A DNA stretch of 64,000 nucleotides from an uncultured Bacteroidota bacterium (GCA_903837525.1 CAILUU010000033.1:23310-87309); one strand, 5' to 3'; positions 1 through 11,649 are shown, numbered from the stretch's first letter. A program made the numbers and translations. Notes: generated by a model from the sequence alone, not told the origin.

Positions 1-332
1 AAGGTAGGCTTTAGCCCTGCAAAACCTACAATACCTGCTAGCATTATATCGTAGGTATCAAAATTGGCAACTTCTTCTAACGCATCTTCTCCTGTAAAAA
101 CTTTGGTATTGGTTTGCGCAAGGGCATTTTTAACTACTGCAAATTTGCTTTCGTCGCCAATTACCACAGCATTTGGAACAAACTCTAGTGCTTGTTTTAT
201 TAATAATGTATCATTAGTTTGGGCGGTTAAAATTTCTACCTCAAACAAAGTTGGGTTAGCTTTAATTACTTCTAAAGCTTGTGTTCCTATTGATCCAGTA
301 GACCCAAATATGGCTATGCGTTTTTTTTGCAC
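1..332 (-). CDS. dxr: 1-deoxy-D-xylulose 5-phosphate reductoisomerase, N-terminal part (gene continues beyond the left edge)
   Basis: Reverse-strand translation from GTG 332..330 (in-frame TAA directly upstream at 335..333) gives VQKKRIAIFGSTGSIGTQALEVIKANP..., the GSTGSIG nucleotide-binding N-terminus of Dxr. It is absent from the ORF track because no stop lies in the window. Track ORF 64..372(+) is its antisense shadow. Confidence 0.8.
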   Translation of the reverse strand, partial: MQKKRIAIFGSTGSIGTQALEVIKANPTLFEVEILTAQTNDTLLIKQALEFVPNAVVIGDESKFAVVKNALAQTNTKVFTGEDALEEVANFDTYDIMLAGIVGFAGLKPT

Positions 333-386
333 TTATTGTTTTTTTGTAGTAGATAAAAATAGGATTATTTAGTGAGATGCTATCGC

Positions 387-1880
387 TTATTGTAGATAAT
401 TTTTAAGTTCATCCGCAATCGTTCTATCATTACTCAGCCTAGGTACTTTGTTTTGCCCACCAAGTTTACCTTGGCTTTTCATATAATTAATAAATCCATT
501 TTTTTGTAAGCTAGTTATTTTTAAAGGTTGTAAAATATTTCCCTTTATTAAATCATCGTAATACACATTTTTTTGGCGAAGATTATCATCTATTTTTTTT
601 TCAAATTCATGTAAATTATCCGGTGTATGTTCAAATTCAACAAACCACTCATGATAGCTTTTTCCATCGCCTTGTGCTATCATAGGAGCTACCGTAAACT
701 CTGTAACTTTTTCGTTTTGTTCGTTTGCAGCTTTTAGCATAGCAGCTTCTACCTCTTCGCCAATTACATGCTCCCCAAATGCACTTATAAAATGTTTGGT
801 ACGGCCACTTACAATTATTCGGTAAGGATTGGTACTTACAAACTTAACGGTATCGCCAATATTATAACCCCACAACCCTGCATTGCTGTTAATAATTAAG
901 GCATAGTTCTCTCCTACTTTTACATCTTTTAACGTAAGCCTAGTAGGCTTTTCGTTAAAAATTTCTGCTGCAGGTACAAACTCAAAAAATATTCCGCTGT
1001 GTGTGTTTAATAAAAGGCCTTGTGCTGTTTGACTATCTTGAAAAGCAAAAAAACCTTCACTAGCAGGGAACAATTCTATACAATCTATTTTACGACCAAT
1101 ACTTTCTTCTAATTTTGCTTTGTACGGTTCAAAATTTACACCACCTTGTACCATTACATTAAAATTTGGGAAAAGCTCTCCAATTTTTTTGCCACTTTTT
1201 TCTTCTAATCTATCAAAATACATTTGCATCCAGGGCGGTATGCCACTTATCAATGTCATGTTTTTATCTAGGGTTTCCTCAACAATTTTATCTAATTTTT
1301 CTTCCCATTCTTCTATACAATTGGTAGTATAACTTGGTAGCTGGTTAGCTCGTAAATATTTTGGTACATGATGGTTTACTATGCCACTTAAGCGTCCGGT
1401 AGGTATATCGCCAATACGCTCCAATACTGGCGAACCGCTTAAAAAAATTAATTTTCCATCCGCAAATTTTGTGTTGCCTGTTTCGGCCATATAACACAGC
1501 AAGGCATTACGGGCTGTATTTATATGATTAGGAATACTATCTTTTGTAATAGGTATATATTTTACACCGCTAGTGGTACCACTTGTTTTAGCAAAGTAAA
1601 TAGGCTTTCCTTTCCATAAAATATTATGTTTGCCTTCTTTAATTTTTTCTATGTAGGGTTTTAATTGCTCGTAGTCTCTTATAGGCACTTGTTGCACAAA
1701 ATCTTCGTACGTTTTTATGGTAGAAAAGTTATGGTCTTTACCAAACGTTGTTTTTGTACCTACTTTTATAAGTGTATTAAAAATGGATTGTTGATCTGCC
1801 AAAGCAGTTTCCATTTGTTTTTTTACTTGTTTGTATATGTAGTTAGCAAACGGTTTTGCTAAGATTGATTTAATTGTCAT
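387..1880 (-). CDS. GH3 auxin-responsive-promoter family protein (acyl-adenylate-forming enzyme superfamily)
   Basis: 497 aa. The N-terminus (FGKDHNF..IKTYEDF..VPIRDYE..KPYI, then FAKTSGTTSG.KYIP) is typical of bacterial GH3-family proteins common in Bacteroidota. Confidence 0.75.
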   Translation of the reverse strand: MTIKSILAKPFANYIYKQVKKQMETALADQQSIFNTLIKVGTKTTFGKDHNFSTIKTYEDFVQQVPIRDYEQLKPYIEKIKEGKHNILWKGKPIYFAKTSGTTSGVKYIPITKDSIPNHINTARNALLCYMAETGNTKFADGKLIFLSGSPVLERIGDIPTGRLSGIVNHHVPKYLRANQLPSYTTNCIEEWEEKLDKIVEETLDKNMTLISGIPPWMQMYFDRLEEKSGKKIGELFPNFNVMVQGGVNFEPYKAKLEESIGRKIDCIELFPASEGFFAFQDSQTAQGLLLNTHSGIFFEFVPAAEIFNEKPTRLTLKDVKVGENYALIINSNAGLWGYNIGDTVKFVSTNPYRIIVSGRTKHFISAFGEHVIGEEVEAAMLKAANEQNEKVTEFTVAPMIAQGDGKSYHEWFVEFEHTPDNLHEFEKKIDDNLRQKNVYYDDLIKGNILQPLKITSLQKNGFINYMKSQGKLGGQNKVPRLSNDRTIADELKNYLQ

Positions 1881-2008
1881 TGTAAGCCACTAATTAATGC
1901 CATTAATTTTTTATAAATTTAGCCAAATCCTTATTATCGGTATTTACCTTTTGTACTTTATCGCTTAATTTAAACGGTAAAAATATTAACTACTCATTAC
2001 TCACCACC

Positions 2009-2458
2009 CTATTTGCAATCACAACTCCATTCCGTATCCAAATCTACACAAGTAACTACAACAATTTGGCCATTAGGCTTAGGTGAAAATACAATACGTA
2101 CCCGTTGATAATCGTGTGTTGTACCTTCTACAGGATATGTTTTACCCCTAGCATCATCCTCTACTTTATTGTAATTAATGCTACCTGATTGTAAAATTTC
2201 TTTTATTTCGCTTTCATCAATATGCCTGCAAGCCATGCGGCAACGGGCATGCTTAGTAATAACTAAATTGTTATATCGCCTATCAAATCCTTCGGTTCTA
2301 TTTTCATTTTCGGCTGGTGAAAGGGGATTTACAGTTATTCTCTTATTGACTTGCTCTGTATGTTGTTTATTTTTTGTACCCCGTTGATTCTTTTTAACAT
2401 AAAAAAGTAGAAAGGCTGCTACTAATAAAGCTATATATGGTAAATATTTTTTAAGCAT
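2009..2458 (-). CDS. membrane-anchored DUF4258-like protein
   Basis: 149 aa with an N-terminal hydrophobic helix (YIALLVAAFLLFYV) and a basic linker. The C-terminal ITKHARCRMACRHIDESEIKEIL..G motif resembles the DUF4258 signature. Confidence 0.5.
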   Translation of the reverse strand: MLKKYLPYIALLVAAFLLFYVKKNQRGTKNKQHTEQVNKRITVNPLSPAENENRTEGFDRRYNNLVITKHARCRMACRHIDESEIKEILQSGSINYNKVEDDARGKTYPVEGTTHDYQRVRIVFSPKPNGQIVVVTCVDLDTEWSCDCK

Positions 2459-2510
2459 TTATGCAAAGATAGAGTAGCTGAAATCATTTTTACCTTATTA
2501 AATTGGGGGT

Positions 2511-2518
2511 TATCTTTG
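2511..2518 (+). promoter_or_regulatory. candidate Bacteroidota -7 promoter box (TATCTTTG) for mtaB
   Basis: Exact match to TAnnTTTG, only 5 nt upstream of ATG 2524. Confidence 0.4.
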
Positions 2519-2523
2519 CAACA

Positions 2524-3792
2524 ATGCAAAAATCGGTAGCGTTACATACACTGGGTTGTAAACTCAATTTTTCTGAAACCTCAACTATTGGTAGGCTTTT
2601 AGAAAATGATGGCTTTATTAAAAAAGATTTTGATGAAGTGGCAGATGTATACGTAATTAATACTTGCAGTGTAACCGAAAACGCCGATAAAGAATGTAGA
2701 CAATTAGTACGCAGAATACAACGTAAAGCTCCCGAAGCAATGGTGGTAATTACTGGGTGCTATGCTCAACTTAAACCAAAAGAAATTGCCGAAATACCCG
2801 GTGTTGATTTAGTATTAGGCGCTGCAGAAAAATTTAATATTACCCATCACTTAAAAGAAATTACTAAAGGCGATAGTGCAAAAATTTGTAGCTGCGATAT
2901 TGAGGATGTAAATGTATTTACTGCATCGCATTCCATTAATGATAGAACAAGAACCTTTTTAAAAGTACAAGATGGTTGCGATTATAGTTGTAGCTTTTGT
3001 ACCATACCAATGGCAAGAGGAAAAAGCCGTAGCGATAGTATAGAAAATGTACTTGCCAATGTTCAACATATTGCAGAAAATGGAGCTAAAGAAATTGTAT
3101 TAACAGGAATAAATTTAGGCGATTTTGGCAAAGGGTTTATGGGTGGAAAAAAGAAAGAAGAAGATTTTTTTGAATTAATACAAGCCTTAGATGAGTTAGA
3201 TAGTGTAGAGCGCTACCGAATATCATCTATTGAACCAAATTTATTAACCAATGAAATTATTGAATTTGTAAGCAATAGCAAACACTTTATGCCGCATTTT
3301 CACATTCCGCTACAAAGTGGTAGCAATAAGGTTTTGGGCATGATGAAGAGAAGATATAAAAGAGAATTATACGCCGAAAAAGTTGGGTTAATAAAAACAC
3401 TAATGCCTCATTGTTGTATTGGGGTTGATGTTATTGTTGGTTTCCCTGGAGAAACAGATGAAGACTTTAAAGAAACCTTTGATTTTTTACATAGTCTGGA
3501 TATTAGCTACCTCCATGTATTTACCTACAGTGAAAGAACAAATACAACTGCGTTAGATATTAAGCCAATTGTGCCTACCCCTATTCGTAACGAACGTAAT
3601 AAAACTTTACGGAACTTAAGTTATCAAAAAATGCAGTATTTTACTACCCAACATATTGGACAAACTCGTAAAGTATTGTTCGAAAAAAATAGTAGCACTG
3701 GTATGATGGAAGGCTACACCGATAATTATATAAAAATAACTGCTGCAACTAATAATGCTTTAGTAAATTCAATAACAGAATGGAAAATTTAA
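2524..3792 (+). CDS. mtaB: tRNA t6A37 methylthiotransferase (MiaB-like radical SAM enzyme, MtaB type)
   Basis: Has the N-terminal HTLGCKLNFSE motif and the radical-SAM cluster motif CDYSCSFCTIP. ATG 2524 is preferred over the track TTG at 2503 because MQKSVALHTLGC is the usual family N-terminus. Confidence 0.85.
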   Translation: MQKSVALHTLGCKLNFSETSTIGRLLENDGFIKKDFDEVADVYVINTCSVTENADKECRQLVRRIQRKAPEAMVVITGCYAQLKPKEIAEIPGVDLVLGAAEKFNITHHLKEITKGDSAKICSCDIEDVNVFTASHSINDRTRTFLKVQDGCDYSCSFCTIPMARGKSRSDSIENVLANVQHIAENGAKEIVLTGINLGDFGKGFMGGKKKEEDFFELIQALDELDSVERYRISSIEPNLLTNEIIEFVSNSKHFMPHFHIPLQSGSNKVLGMMKRRYKRELYAEKVGLIKTLMPHCCIGVDVIVGFPGETDEDFKETFDFLHSLDISYLHVFTYSERTNTTALDIKPIVPTPIRNERNKTLRNLSYQKMQYFTTQHIGQTRKVLFEKNSSTGMMEGYTDNYIKITAATNNALVNSITEWKI

Positions 3793-4094
3793 AAGATAAA
3801 ATCTTAAATAAATACCAAGTAACTATTCATTTTGAAATGGATGAAAAGTTTATGACCCTAGTGCCAGAACACCGGGTATTAATAAACTCGTTAATAGAAA
3901 AAAATATTATAGATTCTTACGCCGTAAGTTTAGAAAGCCAACGCAGTTGGATTACCATAAATGCTGTTAGTAAGGCCGAGGCTAAAAAAATATTATCAAA
4001 ATCGCCTTTGTTTAAATACTGGGTGGTAGAAGTGGATGATATTTTTGTATACGATGGGCAGATTTATAGGCTCCCTGTGTTGCAATTAAATTAA
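3780..4094 (+). CDS. hypothetical small protein, start overlaps the mtaB stop by 13 nt
   Basis: 104-aa ORF followed by a strong terminator. The overlap suggests translational coupling. I recognise no family. Confidence 0.5.
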   Translation: MENLKDKILNKYQVTIHFEMDEKFMTLVPEHRVLINSLIEKNIIDSYAVSLESQRSWITINAVSKAEAKKILSKSPLFKYWVVEVDDIFVYDGQIYRLPVLQLN

Positions 4095-4111
4095 TATAAA
4101 CACCTTAAAAT

Positions 4112-4142
4112 AAAAAAACCTCACTAATGGTGAGGTTTTTTT
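4112..4142. terminator. rho-independent terminator (bidirectional shape)
   Basis: Stem aaacctcac (4116..4124) pairs with gtgaggttt (4130..4138). It is flanked by an A-run upstream and a T-run downstream, and lies between the 3' ends of the 104-aa gene and tRNA-Val. Confidence 0.75.
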
Positions 4143-4143
4143 G

Positions 4144-4218
4144 TGGGAGTTACAGGAGTCGAACCTGTGACCCTCTGCTTGTAAGGCAGATGCTCTAAAC
4201 CAACTGAGCTAAACTCCC
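4144..4218 (-). tRNA. tRNA-Val (anticodon TAC)
   Basis: The reverse complement folds as a cloverleaf. Acceptor GGGAGTT/AACTCCC, D arm GCTC/GAGC, anticodon arm TCTGC-CTTACAA-GCAGA, T arm ACAGG-TTCGACT-CCTGT. No CCA is encoded. Confidence 0.95.
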
Positions 4219-4231
4219 TTCTTTTGGGTGG

Positions 4232-4239
4232 CAAAGATA
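4232..4239 (-). promoter_or_regulatory. candidate -7 box (TATCTTTG on the minus strand) for tRNA-Val
   Basis: Reverse complement of caaagata, 13 nt upstream of the tRNA 5' end. Confidence 0.4.
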
Positions 4240-4355
4240 AGGGTAAAAAGTTTTATGCAAAAGTTTTTTAGAAAGTTTTATTTAACCCCTTGATACGGGT
4301 TAATTTTTATTTTTTTCAGTACAACTCAGATGCAAAAAATACTGGTAATAAAAAA

Positions 4356-6419
4356 TTATTTTAACTCGGCAACTAATCTTTCCCTTGGTGCTTTAATAAA
4401 ATCTCTAGGGTATTTTTTAAAATAACGCCCTAACATTCCTAAAAATTCTGGATAGTCTCTTAAATGTATTCCTCTACTTTTTACAGCTACAAAAAATGCT
4501 AAGCCAAAGCTTACAGCAAAATTTATAACCCCAATTAAACCAACACCAAATAAAGTGTAGCTTAATTCAGAAAAAGAGATAGCATGATTTAGGCCAAAAA
4601 AACCAATAGCCGTATTTGCAGCAGAAATAGTAATATGCCTTATATCAAATGGCAACCCAAACATTTTACCAAAAAAACCTGCCATCCCCAAGAAAAAACC
4701 AAGCGAAATATTGCCAATTAATGATCCAAGATTATTTTGAACATACTTAATAATTTTGTTTTTCCATTTTTCGCTAAAGTTGCGTAACCCTACCCCACTC
4801 CGCATTCTATCGGCTACTTTACCATACACTACATAGTTTTCTACATAGCCAGCAATAATACCACTTGCAAATAAAAAAAAGCCCGTAAAGCATGCATACA
4901 ACAACGCAAGGCTATGAAAAGGTTGTTGATCGGTCAATAATTTTTGAGCAGCTGCACCACTTGCTATCATACTACCAGTAGTGTTAAAAAACAACATGGC
5001 TAATAAATAGGTTAAAGGAAAAACGACTAATAAATTACCTGCAAAAGAGGCTAACTGCGTTCGACTAACTTTTGCAACTGTTATAGCTAAATTTCGTAAA
5101 TCTGGCTCATCGCCAACTTTTTGTACATCAAAACTACTGGCAACATTATTAGCGGTGTAAGCAGGTTGTTTGGTGGCAAGTGTACTGCCCGTTTCTTGTA
5201 TTAAAATAAAGCCCAACGAATAATTTGAACTATACAAAAAGCCTTGCCAAAAGGGCGCTAAACTTAATTTACCTATAAGGTTTTTTATAATTCCTATAAA
5301 CGAAATAATTACCCCACCAGTAGCAGCACTCCAAAACATTTTCCAAAAATCTTTTCGGGTGGTCGTAATATAATCTTCGCCTCTTTTACCGCCATGCTCT
5401 GCAATTTGATAGGCTAAATAGCCTGTATTTTCACTTAAAAATTCTTTAACCGATGTTTTTCTATTTTCATTTTTAACAACGGTTTTAAAATAGTCTACAA
5501 AACGTTCGGTGTTAAATTGGCTATCGCTATCAAGCACATCTATTATTATAAATAACCGATCAATTTGTTGTTGTAATCTAGTAAGAATATAGGTTTGAGC
5601 AAGACTGGTTCCATATTTTATTCGCTGTTCCTTTATCCATATTATACTTTGATTACAATTATGCAACGCCTCTGTTATTGTAGCTAACAAGGCTCTTTTT
5701 TGCTCCTGGTTCTGATGGGGTAGCTCGGCAAGTTTTAAATACTCGTTTGTTAATCTATTCTGTTCTAAAAAAGGAAATGCTGCATCATTAAAATTTTGAT
5801 AGCGTTGGGTTACCTCTTTTTCTATACCCAATGTAGCTACCCTATAACTAAGTATTTGAAACGATTGATTCAGTTGTTTTATTAAAGTAGATTCTGTTAA
5901 GTTTACTTGTACCCCTAGTATTTCAAAAAATTGTTTCCATAAATCCCCATCTAAATTTTGCACCCATACATAATCTTTTTTGCGATAAAAAACATTATTG
6001 ATTACATATAAAAAATCGTTTGAGTTTAATAAGGCTGGAATAATTTTATGTTTTAATTTACTCGTTAGCTCTTGAACAAATCCCCTACCACTCACTACCC
6101 CATTTTCGGTTAGTGCAGTTACTATATTAGTTCGTAAAAATTGAGAAAGCAACGCTTTCCGTAATGAAAAAAGAGCCCTTTTATCTTGACTTAATTGATA
6201 TAATAATGCTTTAAAATTTAAGTTGGCTTGGGCCGTATCATTTTCGTTTGAGGGGCGAATGGCTTTTATTATACTAGTTAAATAAAACAAACTATTACCG
6301 CTAGCATTTAGGGGCAATACAAGCGCTTGCTGCTTTTTGGGCGGCTGAGTAGTTTCTTTAGTTCGTTTTGTTAAGCGTAGCATTTTATTAAAAGTAATAT
6401 AAGTACAATTTACAGACAA
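4356..6419 (-). CDS. large multi-pass membrane protein, possibly of the family historically named site-specific recombinase (PF10136-like); true function unknown
   Basis: 687-aa ORF. The N-terminal roughly 360 aa are soluble and helical; the C-terminal half has about 8 hydrophobic segments. The alternative start at ATG 6383 (MLRLTKRTKE) is equally plausible. The family assignment is from memory only. Confidence 0.45.
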   Translation of the reverse strand: MSVNCTYITFNKMLRLTKRTKETTQPPKKQQALVLPLNASGNSLFYLTSIIKAIRPSNENDTAQANLNFKALLYQLSQDKRALFSLRKALLSQFLRTNIVTALTENGVVSGRGFVQELTSKLKHKIIPALLNSNDFLYVINNVFYRKKDYVWVQNLDGDLWKQFFEILGVQVNLTESTLIKQLNQSFQILSYRVATLGIEKEVTQRYQNFNDAAFPFLEQNRLTNEYLKLAELPHQNQEQKRALLATITEALHNCNQSIIWIKEQRIKYGTSLAQTYILTRLQQQIDRLFIIIDVLDSDSQFNTERFVDYFKTVVKNENRKTSVKEFLSENTGYLAYQIAEHGGKRGEDYITTTRKDFWKMFWSAATGGVIISFIGIIKNLIGKLSLAPFWQGFLYSSNYSLGFILIQETGSTLATKQPAYTANNVASSFDVQKVGDEPDLRNLAITVAKVSRTQLASFAGNLLVVFPLTYLLAMLFFNTTGSMIASGAAAQKLLTDQQPFHSLALLYACFTGFFLFASGIIAGYVENYVVYGKVADRMRSGVGLRNFSEKWKNKIIKYVQNNLGSLIGNISLGFFLGMAGFFGKMFGLPFDIRHITISAANTAIGFFGLNHAISFSELSYTLFGVGLIGVINFAVSFGLAFFVAVKSRGIHLRDYPEFLGMLGRYFKKYPRDFIKAPRERLVAELK

Positions 6420-6484
6420 TAATTATACCCAAAATGTTGCAGACAAAGGAATTTAGGTAAAATCGCATTATTTTTGTGTTACTG

Positions 6485-6784
6485 ATGACAACAACTACTA
6501 ATAACGATACTAAAACAATAATTGAAACAGATATACTTGTGGCTACTGAACCCCCATGCAGTTTAATTGTTTGGAATGATGAAGTAAATACATTTGAGTG
6601 GGTGATAGAAACGTTGATAGACGTATGTGGCCATACCGAACAACAAGCCGAGCAATGCTCCTTATTTATACATAACAAAGGCAAATATGCCGTTAAAGAA
6701 GGCGATTACTATACGCTTAAACCAATGTGTGTCGCTATTACCGAAAGAGGAATTAATGCTACAATTGAGGTGGTAGCAACGTAA
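6485..6784 (+). CDS. clpS: ATP-dependent Clp protease adaptor ClpS
   Basis: The core LIVWNDEVNTFEWVIETLIDVCGHTEQQAEQCSLFIHNKGKYAVKEG is a textbook ClpS sequence. ATG 6485 is preferred over TTG 6476. Confidence 0.85.
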   Translation: MTTTTNNDTKTIIETDILVATEPPCSLIVWNDEVNTFEWVIETLIDVCGHTEQQAEQCSLFIHNKGKYAVKEGDYYTLKPMCVAITERGINATIEVVAT

Positions 6785-6869
6785 AAATTTACTCCGCTTT
6801 TTAATAAAACATAAATAATTTTAATGCAGGTATTGTTTCAAAAACAATACTATTAAATAATAAAAACAA

Positions 6870-7985
6870 ATGCAAATAGCAATTTTAGGTGCAGGTATGG
6901 TTGGTAGAGCCATGGCAATAGACTTACAACAAAAATATTCGGTAACATCTTTTGATGTTAGTGAACAGTCGCTAGATATTCTTAGCAAAAAAAACAAGTT
7001 AATAAAAACAGTAAAAAGCGATTTAAGCAATTTTGAAAACTACCCTACACTTTTGCAAAATTTTGATTATGTAATTTGTGCGGTACCTGGCTTTATGGGA
7101 TACAACGCATTACAAGCAATTATTAATGCAGGAAAAAATGTGGTAGATATTTCTTTTTTTCCAGAAGATGCATTGGCTTTAGATAATTTAGCAAAACAAA
7201 AAAATGTAACCGCCATTGTAGATTGTGGCGTAGCCCCGGGGATGAGCAATTTAATTTTAGGTTACCATAATGTAAACATGACGATTACTAATTTTGAATG
7301 TATGGTTGGTGGCTTACCTAAAAAAAGAGTAAAGCCATTTGAATATAAAGCTCCCTTTTCCCCTATTGATGTGTTGGAAGAATATACTAGACCTGCTCGT
7401 TATGTAGAAAATAGTTGCATTATTACAAAGCCTGCTTTAAGCGATGCTGAGTTATTAAATTTTGAACCTATTGGCACGTTAGAAAGTTTTAATACTGATG
7501 GCTTACGAAGTATTTTATTTACTATGGGGCACATTCCTAATATGAAAGAAAAAACGCTTCGTTATCCTGGCCATATAGATTTAATGAAAGGCTTAATTGC
7601 TGCAGGTTTTTTAAGCACCGAAAAAATTAATGGCTTAGCAACAACCCCAATGGAATTTACAAGCAAATTACTTTTTAACCAATGGAAGTTAGGGGAAGAA
7701 GAGCCTGAGTTTACCCTTATGCAAATAAACATTAGCGATAAGACTAAAACGATTACCTATAATTTGTACGACGAGTATGATGCAACTACAAAAACCAGTA
7801 GTATGAGCCGTACAACTGGTTATACTGCTACCGCTGCACTAAATATGTTGATTGATGGGCAATTTAAGGATAAAGGCGTTTTTCCGCCAGAGTTAGTTGG
7901 TAAATACGAAAATTGTTTTAACTATATGTTGGGTTACCTTAAAGAGAGAAACGTACTTTATACAAAAAGTGAAGTAGTAAATTAA
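6870..7985 (+). CDS. saccharopine dehydrogenase family oxidoreductase
   Basis: Rossmann N-terminus MQIAILGAGMVGRAMA and a 371-aa length and architecture typical of the family. Confidence 0.7.
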   Translation: MQIAILGAGMVGRAMAIDLQQKYSVTSFDVSEQSLDILSKKNKLIKTVKSDLSNFENYPTLLQNFDYVICAVPGFMGYNALQAIINAGKNVVDISFFPEDALALDNLAKQKNVTAIVDCGVAPGMSNLILGYHNVNMTITNFECMVGGLPKKRVKPFEYKAPFSPIDVLEEYTRPARYVENSCIITKPALSDAELLNFEPIGTLESFNTDGLRSILFTMGHIPNMKEKTLRYPGHIDLMKGLIAAGFLSTEKINGLATTPMEFTSKLLFNQWKLGEEEPEFTLMQINISDKTKTITYNLYDEYDATTKTSSMSRTTGYTATAALNMLIDGQFKDKGVFPPELVGKYENCFNYMLGYLKERNVLYTKSEVVN

Positions 7986-8098
7986 TTTTATGATTATTTT
8001 ATGTATAGTTGACGTTTCGTAAGTTATTTTTACCAATAAATAGTACACTAATTAACACCACTAAGGCTTGTTTAACTTTACAACTTTTAAAATTAAGA

Positions 8099-8914
8099 AT
8101 GAAAAAATATTTAATAATAGTAACCCTCGTTTTTTTTATTTCTTGTAAAGAAGAGGAGAATGGAGAAAGTACAAAAGAATCAGTAACTGGCATACCTGCC
8201 CCCACAATAATTAATGCAACTGTTAAATCTGTTTACGAACATGATGTTGCTGCCTATACACAAGGGCTTGAATTTTACAACGGATTTTTATTTGAAAGTA
8301 CAGGAGATTTTGAAAACTCTTCCTTAAGAAGGACGGATTTTAAAACGGGTAAAGTTTTAGAAAAGTATATGATGGGTAGTAAACAAATTTTTGGCGAAGG
8401 AATTACTATTTTAAAAGACACTATTTACCAACTAACCTGGCAAAACAATATCGTAAATGTGTACGATGCAAAAAATATTAATAAAATTGTAAAAACATTT
8501 AAATGGCCTAACGAGGGATGGGGCATTACTAATAATGGTACAGATTTAATTATTAGTACCGGTAGTGCAAATATATATATTGTAAACCCAACTAATTTTA
8601 GAGTAAAAACTTCCGTTGTTGTAGAAGATAATGAAGGAACCGTAGATAGAATTAATGAACTAGAATATATTGATGGATTTATTTACGCCAATAGATATTT
8701 AGAAAATAATTACCTATTAAAAATTGACCCAAGCAGTGGGCATGTACTAGGCAAAATATTAATTCCTAATTTAGAAGAACAATATTTTAAAGGAAAGTTA
8801 GCTAACCCAAAAGATATTGAAGTATTAAATGGAATTGCTTACGACTCAACTACAAAAAAGCTATACATTACTGGCAAGCACTGGCCAAAATTGTTTGAGG
8901 TAAGTTTAGATTAA
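8099..8914 (+). CDS. glutaminyl-peptide cyclotransferase (beta-propeller, plant/bacterial type), lipoprotein
   Basis: YTQGLEFYNG.L.ESTG motif. ATG 8099 yields the lipoprotein signal MKKYLIIVTLVFFISC. The track start at 8009 adds a non-signal extension. Confidence 0.75.
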   Translation: MKKYLIIVTLVFFISCKEEENGESTKESVTGIPAPTIINATVKSVYEHDVAAYTQGLEFYNGFLFESTGDFENSSLRRTDFKTGKVLEKYMMGSKQIFGEGITILKDTIYQLTWQNNIVNVYDAKNINKIVKTFKWPNEGWGITNNGTDLIISTGSANIYIVNPTNFRVKTSVVVEDNEGTVDRINELEYIDGFIYANRYLENNYLLKIDPSSGHVLGKILIPNLEEQYFKGKLANPKDIEVLNGIAYDSTTKKLYITGKHWPKLFEVSLD

Positions 8915-9016
8915 TAGTAAGAAAATAATAAAAGGAAGTGTCAGCAACAAAATAAAAAAGTATTTTTTGCTAGGAATAGTTTGAAAATTTTAGGGGATAA
9001 AATAATTTATTACTTA

Positions 9017-9265
9017 TTATCTTCTTTCTGCTTCTTTAATAATTAATGCTTTTGCTTTTTTGCCCAATACAATACCGTTTAAACTTTCCATAGCATCTTT
9101 AGCCTCGGCATTATCTGGCATATCCACAAAAGCAAAACCACGGCTTTTACCTGTTTCTCTATCCAGCACAACTTTAGCAGATTTTATAGTACCAAATTTC
9201 TCAAATATTTCTACTAACTCAGCATCATCCAAATCATAAGGTAAGCCAATTACAAAAAGATTCAT
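9017..9265 (-). CDS. RNA-binding protein with a single RRM domain
   Basis: MNLFVIGLPYD (RNP-2) and SRGFAFVDM (RNP-1). ATG 9265 is preferred over the longer track ORF. Confidence 0.85.
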   Translation of the reverse strand: MNLFVIGLPYDLDDAELVEIFEKFGTIKSAKVVLDRETGKSRGFAFVDMPDNAEAKDAMESLNGIVLGKKAKALIIKEAERR

Positions 9266-9335
9266 ACAGTATATTTTTACAAAAATAAGGGTATAGGTTG
9301 GTACTACAAACGTAGGTCGTTGATCTAGTTTCAAA

Positions 9336-9375
9336 AATCAAAAAATTCCCTCTTACTTTTCAGCAAGAGGGAATT
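9336..9375 (-). terminator. rho-independent terminator of groEL
   Basis: 11-bp stem aattccctctt (9344..9354) / aagagggaatt (9365..9375), followed on the minus strand by a T-run. Confidence 0.8.
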
Positions 9376-9398
9376 ATAACTTATGTATTATTCGTTAA

Positions 9399-11455
<2,057 letters not shown>

Positions 11456-11641
11456 AGTTTTATAATTTTGTTAGTTTTAATTTATTGTGCAAATGTATAG
11501 GCTAATAATGTGCCAAACCTATTTTATGACATTTATGACAGTCTTTGCTGTAAAATTGTTCATTTTATGTAGGTTAAAAAGAAAAAAAGGCAGTCAACTG
11601 CTTATTAAAGCATTATTCAGTAATAATAATTAATTAAAAAC

Positions 11642-11649
11642 TACCTTTG
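11642..11649 (+). promoter_or_regulatory. candidate -7 box (TACCTTTG) for nusB
   Basis: TAnnTTTG match 22 nt upstream of ATG 11672. Confidence 0.4.

Noticed and set aside
64-372. 102-aa + strand ORF at the left edge.
   Set aside because: It is the antisense shadow of dxr, whose reverse-strand translation carries the diagnostic GSTGSIG N-terminus. The + strand product is low-complexity with no recognisable motif.
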